From assembly GCF_000621645.1 (NCBI RefSeq), contig NZ_JHXR01000030.1:2979-34978 (forward strand): 32,000 nucleotides of DNA, in the 5' to 3' direction. Position numbers and translations under genes: made by a program. The notes under the pieces are model-generated. The model saw nothing but the letters and a program-made list of their open reading frames with translations, ran no database searches and was not told the DNA's origin. Origin of the DNA: Vibrio cholerae ATCC 14035. GTDB taxonomy: Bacteria; Pseudomonadota; Gammaproteobacteria; Enterobacterales; Vibrionaceae. Below are positions 25,167-32,000 of this stretch, in pieces. The stretch's first letter is position 1. The number at the start of each line of letters is the position of its first letter.

Positions 25167-25822
25167 GCGAATGGGATAAACAAGCACCAGAGCTAGAACA
25201 AACGCCAACGCCGTGGTGGCAGGATGGCGAAACCACCTCAGAAGAGAAGATAGAACCCTATTTTCTGAGCAATGGTGTGTTTGCATTCATGCGCAAAGTG
25301 CGCGGCTGGTTGCTGTTCCCGCTTCAACAGTTTGACGCGCTCACCTGCAGTGAAAAAATTCTGCGCCTGATGGCGTGGGATAGAGACATCAAACAATTCA
25401 ACGGTGAGCCGTTGTGGCTGTTTCGCAAGCGGGTGAAGTTTGCCACCGTTAACGCAAAAGACGCAGGCAGCGTAGCAGGGTTTAAACGCATCTTTGAACG
25501 CTTGGGCATTGCCATTGTGTCATTCAAAGAACGCGAAAGCGCCGTAGAGTGGGATGTTTGCACGATTGAACTGACGGACAGTTCACTCTCACAAAACAGC
25601 CGTTTAGTACAAACGCTGATCGAACAATACGGCAGAACCTGCCGCCGCTATCGCTTTCAAGTGACCTATCCAAGCGAAATGAACATTTATCACGGCGAGT
25701 TCAGCCATAGCTTTGCACTCTATCACGCCAAATCGGAAGAAGTGACCCACATCGAATTCAAGCCTCAGCCGATTGAGCACCATCAACAAATCTTTATCGC
25801 CACCTTAGGGGGTAACTCATGA
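25163..25822 (+). CDS. Baseplate/tail protein, gpI-like
   Basis: The 219-aa gene lies between the J and fibre genes. The pattern LRLMAWDRDIKQFNGEPLWLFRKRV is gpI-like. Confidence 0.6.
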   Translation: MSEWDKQAPELEQTPTPWWQDGETTSEEKIEPYFLSNGVFAFMRKVRGWLLFPLQQFDALTCSEKILRLMAWDRDIKQFNGEPLWLFRKRVKFATVNAKDAGSVAGFKRIFERLGIAIVSFKERESAVEWDVCTIELTDSSLSQNSRLVQTLIEQYGRTCRRYRFQVTYPSEMNIYHGEFSHSFALYHAKSEEVTHIEFKPQPIEHHQQIFIATLGGNS

Positions 25823-27657
25823 GCCAGACGGCCATTCCACTGCAGTTTGAAAAGTACCTGCAAAATCAAATCAGTGTCGGCAAAGCGCCAGACATGAACG
25901 AGATGATTTTTGCCTACATCCCAAACCTTGACCCAAGCCAGCCGATTGACCGTAACCAAGGGCTACCAGCCGTATCAACATGGGTGTATCAGCAGGATAT
26001 CGATCAAGAGGGTAAGCTAGGCGACAACGCGCTAGTGTATTCCGTAGTGATCCCAGGTTCAGTGGCCGCGTTTACTTTTAACGCCATCTATCTGCGTGAT
26101 AAAAACGTGCCCAACTCCTGCGGCATAGTCGTACACAAAGCCACTGAAACCAAAGAAGCGGGCATGGCAAGCACCAAAAGCCTAATGCAGCAATACACAG
26201 GGGCCGCGCAAATTGCAGGCATTACGGTAGATGCGCAAACGTGGCAAATCGACTACCAAGCGCGTTTGTTGGGTATTGAAGATGATATGCGCCTCGTGAA
26301 CTTGGATAACTACGGGCACACCGCATTCATTCAAGGCTTTGATGTCACCCAGCAAGCAGACCCAGCCAAATACAAAGTAGCACCGGGTGTGGTGTACGTT
26401 GGCGGCTTACGCGCCGAACTAAAAAACGAAGTCATTCAAACCATCAGCGACAAGCCTACGGGGTTATATATTGATGTTGCTCGCACGGGTACCGTGTTAT
26501 CAAAGTGGCAGAACATCGTCACCATTCGAGCTTCCGAGACACAGCTCACCGACTACATTGACCAAAACCAGCAGCAACACTACGTTGCAAGGCTGGCGGG
26601 GATTAATGCGAATGGGAGTATCACAGATTGGCGTGTAAAAACAGACAACGCCGATCAAGAGTGGTCGCCATTTATTAACTACGGCATCGGCCACGAAGTC
26701 GTTCGCAATGGCTTGCGCTATATCGCCAGATTGGCGTCAGGGCCGGATAATGGTGGGGCGATTACTCCTTCTGCATCGATCACAAACATTGAAATATGGG
26801 ATATGGTCATCCCTCAATCATTTGCTATAAATCTCGTTGCATGGGTGAAAATTGCTAGCATATCAAAAACTTTAAGGGAGCCTGTTTATTTGACGATTTC
26901 TGGTGGTTCACCAGATAATAGCGCATTACTTTTTGTTGCAGACATCGTTTTCGGTGTAAATAGTATTGGTATTCCTTCGGCATCAATCGGAGCTAAATAT
27001 CAGACTCTAACCGATCCAAAATTTTACATTAGAGATGATGATGATGAAGACTCCTTTTCTCTGTGGGTAAACCGTCAAACCCCTGGACAAACGCAGTATA
27101 CTATCACGATGCGTAGCCGCCCTCGTTTTTCCCAGACGTTAGTTGGTGTGCTAGAAAAGGCGGCTACGCAACCAAGTTTTACGACCTTAGTACCCTACGA
27201 CACAGGCTACCAATTCGCCTCTATTCCAATCGGCATGGAAGTGGCGTTTGACACGCCGCCGCCAACCAATGACCCGCGATTTCGCTTTGTTAAACTGACG
27301 TATAACGATGCTTACAACACGGGTTTGCTAACATCACAAACGCTTTCTGGTAGTGCGCCAGAGTTGGTTTCAACGGCGGTAATTTCAGCAGCGAAAAGCC
27401 CTATCAATGGGCAGACTATTTATCTTAAGAACACAATGGGGGTATATGCAGTGCCAGCCACAACGGAAGGAATAATTGCACAAAACATACCTCAACCAGC
27501 AAGGTACAGAATAGACAGTATAAGTCATGGGGTTAGCTTGCAAACTGGCCCAAGTATCTCTGGATTCATCATAACTAGTGCAGCTTCCGAATCTCAGATT
27601 ACTGGTGGTTTAAAACCCCGCAGTTTTGGTGAAGTCTTATACAAGAGGATTTACTAA
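25819..27657 (+). CDS. Tail fibre protein (gpH-like N-terminus, mosaic C-terminus)
   Basis: The N-terminal tail-collar-type region (MIFAYIPNLDPSQPIDRNQGLP...VIPGSVAAFTFNAIYLRD) parallels the P2 gpH N-terminus. The distal part changes composition. Confidence 0.8.
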   Translation: MSQTAIPLQFEKYLQNQISVGKAPDMNEMIFAYIPNLDPSQPIDRNQGLPAVSTWVYQQDIDQEGKLGDNALVYSVVIPGSVAAFTFNAIYLRDKNVPNSCGIVVHKATETKEAGMASTKSLMQQYTGAAQIAGITVDAQTWQIDYQARLLGIEDDMRLVNLDNYGHTAFIQGFDVTQQADPAKYKVAPGVVYVGGLRAELKNEVIQTISDKPTGLYIDVARTGTVLSKWQNIVTIRASETQLTDYIDQNQQQHYVARLAGINANGSITDWRVKTDNADQEWSPFINYGIGHEVVRNGLRYIARLASGPDNGGAITPSASITNIEIWDMVIPQSFAINLVAWVKIASISKTLREPVYLTISGGSPDNSALLFVADIVFGVNSIGIPSASIGAKYQTLTDPKFYIRDDDDEDSFSLWVNRQTPGQTQYTITMRSRPRFSQTLVGVLEKAATQPSFTTLVPYDTGYQFASIPIGMEVAFDTPPPTNDPRFRFVKLTYNDAYNTGLLTSQTLSGSAPELVSTAVISAAKSPINGQTIYLKNTMGVYAVPATTEGIIAQNIPQPARYRIDSISHGVSLQTGPSISGFIITSAASESQITGGLKPRSFGEVLYKRIY

Positions 27658-28181
27658 TGGACAATCCAGAAACTTTACTACCGAAGTTTTTCGCCTTTGA
27701 AGATGCGTTAATGCTAGAGCATGTAGAAGGTGCAATCGAAATCACCGAGCAACAGTATAACGAAGCTTTAGCCGCCAAGATTGCAGGCCGCAAAGCGTTT
27801 GTGCGGGATGGTGAGTTAGTCATTTTCTCTGGCATTATGCGCCCAATCTGGAACTGCGAAGACGGTTCAACCAAAGAAATTGACGAACAAGAGTTAATTC
27901 CAGAGGGTTGGACAGACAAAGAGCGAAAAACCGCTTTTGATCGCTGGATGGATGGCGAGTGGGTAACGGACATCAGCGCAAAATACATCGACGAATTCAA
28001 CCAAGTCGATAACCTGCGCCGTAGTTTGTATTTCGCAATGGTTGACCAGTTGGCCTCAGAAGCTAACATCAAACGCCTGCAGGGAAAAGAAGCGGAAGCC
28101 ATTGAACTGGAACGCCAAGCCATTGCAGCCCGAGAGAAAATCCAGCTTGATCACCCTTGGCCTGTTAACCCTGAGGCGTAA
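27657..28181 (+). CDS. Tail fibre assembly chaperone (gpG-like)
   Basis: The 174-aa gene is coupled to the fibre gene by TAATG. It contains the RWMDGEWVTD-type motif common in this family. Confidence 0.7.
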   Translation: MDNPETLLPKFFAFEDALMLEHVEGAIEITEQQYNEALAAKIAGRKAFVRDGELVIFSGIMRPIWNCEDGSTKEIDEQELIPEGWTDKERKTAFDRWMDGEWVTDISAKYIDEFNQVDNLRRSLYFAMVDQLASEANIKRLQGKEAEAIELERQAIAAREKIQLDHPWPVNPEA

Positions 28182-28183
28182 CC

Positions 28184-29077
28184 ATGTGGCAAAACAACGC
28201 ACTCACATGGCCAGCGTCAGCAGGCTCAATCCAGACCACGGCGGAATCAGTCACTCAACAAGTCGGCAGCACCATGAGTGCTGCCACTGGCCGACTAACC
28301 AACCTGCAAAGTGACGCCAATTTAGGGCGTCACCCTTTAAGCGCAGAAGCAGAGGCGTTACTCAACCTGCGCGGTGAGTTAAATACATTTCTCAATCAAG
28401 GCACTGTGCTCAGTGCAACGCCCTATCAGTTCCAAGTCGGGGAGAGGTTAGAGTCCGGCTGTTACCTAAGCCCAGCCAACGCCACCAAAACACTCGCTGC
28501 TAAACTGCGTGACCTTTCGGATACCCATAGGCCAAAAGGTCAGTTGTATGCTGTGGCAATCATGGTCAGCACACAAAGCCTTGGCGAGTTTGTCAGTACC
28601 TTGTCGGTAGTCACTCGCGCATTTCCGCTGCCAGAGTGGTGCCAGTGTTACCGCCAAGCCGAAGCCATGAGCAAGCAAGAGGCTGAAAAGCTGCACCAGC
28701 CTGCGGGTATAATTCAGCCACGCTTTAAACCTTATGCGCATTTAAATGCTAACCCGTTAAATGACTACTTCGCCGCGCAAGGGGCGCAAATCGCCACGCT
28801 TGAATCACTGGCCAGTGATGCAAGTCATGTGATCGGCAAGTTGTCAGCGTTGGCACAAAAGCGCGCTAATCAGTTGAGTGAAATCACCGCAACCATCAAC
28901 GCGCTTAAATCACTGAGCGGCAGCGTGTACAGCATAAAACTCAGCGGAACGCCGGAGAGCATCGCCACCCAATTGGAACAAGCCGCCGCGCCAAGCACCT
29001 GCCCGCACACCATCGCCAGTGTGTTAATCAGCAGCCAACCGCAGCCATTTTTTGAGGAGTTATTATGTTCGCACTAG
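28184..29077 (+). CDS. Hypothetical tail-module protein (297 aa)
   Basis: The long ORF sits in the late operon between the fibre chaperone and hub genes. No family recognised. Confidence 0.5.
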   Translation: MWQNNALTWPASAGSIQTTAESVTQQVGSTMSAATGRLTNLQSDANLGRHPLSAEAEALLNLRGELNTFLNQGTVLSATPYQFQVGERLESGCYLSPANATKTLAAKLRDLSDTHRPKGQLYAVAIMVSTQSLGEFVSTLSVVTRAFPLPEWCQCYRQAEAMSKQEAEKLHQPAGIIQPRFKPYAHLNANPLNDYFAAQGAQIATLESLASDASHVIGKLSALAQKRANQLSEITATINALKSLSGSVYSIKLSGTPESIATQLEQAAAPSTCPHTIASVLISSQPQPFFEELLCSH

Positions 29078-29538
29078 ATGGACAGACGTTTAACATCAAA
29101 AACCTATTGGTGAACTTCGCGCGAGAGTTCAAAGATCAGGACATGAGCGGCATGGCATCGTTAACCGCGACATCCGAGCAAGGCGACAAAGCCGCAGAGC
29201 TCGAAATCTCCGGTCTCATCGCATTTAAAGACCTTGCTCAATTGGCACTATTGGAAAGCATGAGCAGCGCTAAAGATGAAAGCGGTGATCGCAAGGTTTA
29301 TCGCGTTGCTAACGATGTGGCCAACGCCTTAAAAATTAAAAATGCCAAATTCACAGGCCACTTTTCCGCCGTACAGCAAGAAAACAAAATGGCGTGGCAG
29401 GTGTCATTTAAGCTGAAAGAGCACAACAGCGTAGCCGAGCAGAAAGAGCAACGCGGGCGAGCCAAGAACAAGCCGCAGCAAAGAGAAAACACGGCACTAC
29501 AACAAGCACTGCAGCAAAATGCGGAGGCGACCAAGTGA
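29065..29538 (+). CDS. Possible gpU-like tail protein (157 aa)
   Basis: Size and position upstream of the D-like gene fit gpU. Block similarity to P2 gpU is loose (ELEISGLIAF / KFTGHFSAV...VSFKLKEH). Confidence 0.35.
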   Translation: MFALDGQTFNIKNLLVNFAREFKDQDMSGMASLTATSEQGDKAAELEISGLIAFKDLAQLALLESMSSAKDESGDRKVYRVANDVANALKIKNAKFTGHFSAVQQENKMAWQVSFKLKEHNSVAEQKEQRGRAKNKPQQRENTALQQALQQNAEATK

Positions 29539-31166
29539 AACTGACCAAGCGTCTTTTCATCAGCAACGAAGAATATGAGCTGGCGGATAACAAAGTCAGC
29601 TTAAAACTATCGCTGGGCGGCAAAGCCATTTTCATTGTGACGACGACAACACCGCCGGAACGGTTCGCTTTAGTGCGCTTTGATATTGGCTATGAACAGC
29701 AAACCGCCCCATTTTTTGAGGGATTCATTGATAAAGTCGAGCCAGCCAGTAATGGAGCCTTTCGGCTTATCGTGAAAGAGCTATCGGGGATACTTTCCAA
29801 CCCATTGCCGATCAGTATCGAGCACCCAACAATGGCGGATATTTTCGCCATCATCACCAAAAAAACAGGGCTGGAATTTCGCTTGCCGGAGGCGGATTAC
29901 ACCAAGAAGGTGATCCCAAACTTTGTTAATCATGGGGATGGTTATCAGTGCTTGGATAAAATCGGCAAAGCCTTTCAAGTGCCTGATTTCGTCTGGTACC
30001 AAGATACCGACCAAGTGATTTACTTTGGCGCTTACGAGCACAGTCATTTTTACAACAAGCCGATGAGCATTCCGCACGAGTTCACCTCAAAGCAAAGCAG
30101 TAACAGCGTAACGTTCGCCCCATTCCCAATGCTCAGACCGGGGCGAGTGGCCTTTGATAAACGCATTACTAAACTTGAGCTGTTCGGCGATGAAATGACA
30201 GCATTCTGGACGGATGACGCGAAGCCAGCCAAGAAACGTGAACTGGATGACATGCTGCCCGAAGTCGCCGCAGGTTATCACTTGCCCATTTTCGGCAGAG
30301 TAGAGGCAGTGCGCGATAGTGCGACCGCAGGCCAAGTCGCTGACCCATTCCGCCCACGCTTCGCCATTGATGTGCAGGTACTCAATGAAGACATGCAGCC
30401 AGATGAAAACATCCCTGTTTACCGGTCGATACCACTGCCGGTTCACATGAGCGGCCATGAATCGGGATTGATGGCTTATCCGCTCGAAGGCACGATAGTA
30501 GAAATCGCTTTCGCCTACGGTCGCAGTGATCTGCCGCTTATCCGTGGCATTTATGGCCGAGATTATGCGCTACCCACCATCGCGCCCGGTGAGCAACTGC
30601 AGCAGCAACGAGAAGAAGTAAGCCGACGCATTGATGCCGCTGGTAACATTACAGACCAAACCGATCAGACTTTTACCAGCAAAGCATTCAAGCAAGCCGA
30701 GCACGCACACCAATACACAGGTGAGTTTGGGCAACACCAGTTACTGATCGATGAACATAGCTTAGAGAACATCATAGGCAAAAAGCTCATCGAGGCGTTA
30801 GGCGCAATCGAAATGCTGGCAGGTGACAACATAGAACTGGGCAGTTTAGGCAATATGCACGTAGCCACAGCCGGAGAACTGATTGAAGTGATCGGTAAAG
30901 TGCGCCGCAGTATCGCCGCTGAACATCAGTGGTTGCAATCACCCAAAACATGGCTTGGTTCGAAGCAGGAAAACGTACTAATTCTGCTGTCAGAACTGAT
31001 GCAAGTGGTAAAGGAATTAGCCGACACACTCGCAACCCATACCCACGGCGGCGTGATGGCGGGACCTGCAGCCACCGCAGCACCAAACCAAGCGAGTGAC
31101 ATAAGCGATCACGGCTCAGACAGTGCTCAGCTCAAAGCAAGGCTAGACCCGATAACAAAGCAGTAG
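29535..31166 (+). CDS. Baseplate hub + central spike fusion (gpD/gp27-like N-terminus, gpV/gp5-like OB fold, HxH apex)
   Basis: GLMAYPLEGTIVEIAFAYGRSDLPLIRGI matches the gpV/VgrG motif P.vGd.V.v.F..Gd...P.i.G. The C-terminus carries LATHTHGGVMAGPAATAAP. GTG start overlaps the upstream stop (GTGA). Confidence 0.6.
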   Translation: MKLTKRLFISNEEYELADNKVSLKLSLGGKAIFIVTTTTPPERFALVRFDIGYEQQTAPFFEGFIDKVEPASNGAFRLIVKELSGILSNPLPISIEHPTMADIFAIITKKTGLEFRLPEADYTKKVIPNFVNHGDGYQCLDKIGKAFQVPDFVWYQDTDQVIYFGAYEHSHFYNKPMSIPHEFTSKQSSNSVTFAPFPMLRPGRVAFDKRITKLELFGDEMTAFWTDDAKPAKKRELDDMLPEVAAGYHLPIFGRVEAVRDSATAGQVADPFRPRFAIDVQVLNEDMQPDENIPVYRSIPLPVHMSGHESGLMAYPLEGTIVEIAFAYGRSDLPLIRGIYGRDYALPTIAPGEQLQQQREEVSRRIDAAGNITDQTDQTFTSKAFKQAEHAHQYTGEFGQHQLLIDEHSLENIIGKKLIEALGAIEMLAGDNIELGSLGNMHVATAGELIEVIGKVRRSIAAEHQWLQSPKTWLGSKQENVLILLSELMQVVKELADTLATHTHGGVMAGPAATAAPNQASDISDHGSDSAQLKARLDPITKQ

Positions 31167-31183
31167 CCAACCAAACGTACCAC

Positions 31184-31212
31184 AACGCAGCCTAACCGCT
31201 GCGTTTCTTTTT
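31184..31212 (+). terminator. Intrinsic terminator ending the late tail operon
   Basis: AACGCAGC (31184-31191) pairs with GCTGCGTT (31198-31205) around a CTAACC loop, followed by TCTTTTT. Confidence 0.65.
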
Positions 31213-31512
31213 GCATGCAACGCATCACTTAACAGCACAACACCCCACCCAAGCCACACCCAAGCGCATACAGCCACGTAATCGACCCTTTGACCCACGG
31301 AATCCGCGCTCCTCTACACCCGCCCGCGCGGTTTTTGGATCACTTTTTTTGAAATTTTGGTTTAGCGAAAAACGCCACACACCATCGAAATGGCAATAAA
31401 CCGCAAAACCTTATGCAGCAAGGGGGCTGGACGATACCGCAAGCCGTCGAAAGTGCCTTAAAACCACCTTTTTAAAATTTCGAAAATTGAAATTTTTTTC
31501 AGTTAATTGCAA

Positions 31513-31623
31513 AAATGACGATCAGAAATGATCATGTGATTTTTATTAAGTGATTGAAACATATGAAGCTTTGACGGATTCCGTCACGGTTTTAATGATC
31601 AGTCGCCAGCAAATGACGATCAG
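31513..31623 (+). repeat. Four direct AATGA(CG)TCAG-type repeats
   Basis: AAATGACGATCAG occurs at 31513-31525 and 31611-31623. The shorter variants AAATGATCATG (31526-31536) and AATGATCAG (31594-31602) share the same orientation. Confidence 0.7.
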
Positions 31624-31799
31624 TTGATAGGCTAGCAAAGCCAAGCACAGCAAGGGATAGAGAGGATTTGACAGCAAAAACAGTTTTTCAATTTTTTACA
31701 TGGGTTGAATAGGGTAGTGATAAAGAAAAAAGTGGTTACGAAGAGGTGAAGAAAAGCGGGATTTTTTCAGATAGGTATGGAGTTTTCTCTGTCATGAAG

Positions 31800-31837
31800 T
31801 GGCGGCAAAAATGGCGGCGTTGGTCGGTTTTGGTCGG
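31800..31837 (+). repeat. Phased TGGCGGC x2 and TTGGTCGG x2 direct repeats
   Basis: TGGCGGC occurs at 31800 and 31812. TTGGTCGG occurs at 31820 and 31830. Spacing is 10-12 bp. Confidence 0.7.
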
Positions 31838-32000
31838 TATTTATAGGTGTAAAACCTCAATTTTAGCTGCTTATTTAAACAATGGTTTGTTGTTATTTAT
31901 ATGATTTTAAATGATTTTTATAGTTTTGTTCTATGTTCTACGGCATGTCATCGAAGAGCGCGATGGACAAGCATTCTGGCGGTGTAGCAGGTTACCGTGC

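Noticed and set aside
31290-31340. A GGAATCC/GGATTCC-containing GC-rich segment examined as a possible tRNA 3' fragment (a common att target).
   Set aside because: It has no GTTCGAATC-type T-loop with a flanking 5-bp stem, no acceptor-stem or CCA context on either strand, and no cloverleaf could be drawn.
31211-31399. A 62-aa plus-strand ORF just after the late terminator.
   Set aside because: It is translated from a CA-rich repeat tract, giving a Pro/Arg/His/Thr-rich sequence. It has no Shine-Dalgarno and starts inside the terminator T-run region. It is more plausibly non-coding att/cos flank.
1-32000. Whole-window scan for CRISPR arrays, rRNA, tRNA, IS/transposase genes, reverse transcriptase (retron/DGR) and integrase.
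   Set aside because: I saw no regularly spaced 25-40-bp repeats, no rRNA-like or cloverleaf sequences, no DDE/transposase or RT (YxDD) motifs, and no tyrosine-recombinase ORF. The integrase presumably lies left of the truncated cI, outside the window.

Overview
Positions 1 to about 31.2 kb are one temperate P2-family myovirus genome or prophage. The gene order resembles what I remember of the HP1 (Haemophilus) / K139 (Vibrio) branch; that lineage and host assignment is inference. Left to right: (1) a coliphage-186-type immunity switch with cI (truncated by the window edge, missing from the ORF track), a cox-like gene and cII (CP76 family). (2) An early operon of small unknown ORFs, a Cys-rich protein, an NPPF N6-adenine methyltransferase, an untracked zinc-ribbon mini-ORF, an AT-rich unknown ORF and a P2 gpA-type HUH replication endonuclease. 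(3) A ~3.6 kb AT-rich, mixed-orientation accessory island between rep and portal, which is the slot of P2 tin/old. It holds a DUF262-only protein, an XRE regulator, a near-consensus LexA box on a strong promoter driving an 81-aa acidic protein, the Ogr/Delta late activator, a YhaV toxin with a short PrlF-like partner lacking a DNA-binding domain, a repeat-rich 430-bp non-coding stretch (orphan terminator, possible sRNA, cos-like GC island) and a Bro-N protein. (4) The P2 head module (Q, P divergent from O, N, M, L), tail completion genes, sheath, tube, a TraR/DksA zinc finger and a lysis cassette (holin, P1-Lyz-type SAR endolysin, overlapped spanins). (5) A tail chaperone with a -1 frameshift, tape measure, baseplate, tail fibre plus chaperone, and a fused hub/spike. 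The last ~0.8 kb is non-coding and packed with short phased direct repeats (att and/or cos candidate). I found no rRNA, tRNA, CRISPR array or transposase. The best candidates for something new are in the accessory island (7.28-10.85 kb), above all the SOS-wired small-protein module, the standalone DUF262 protein and the YhaV pair with a headless antitoxin. All homology calls come from remembered family motifs, not database searches.
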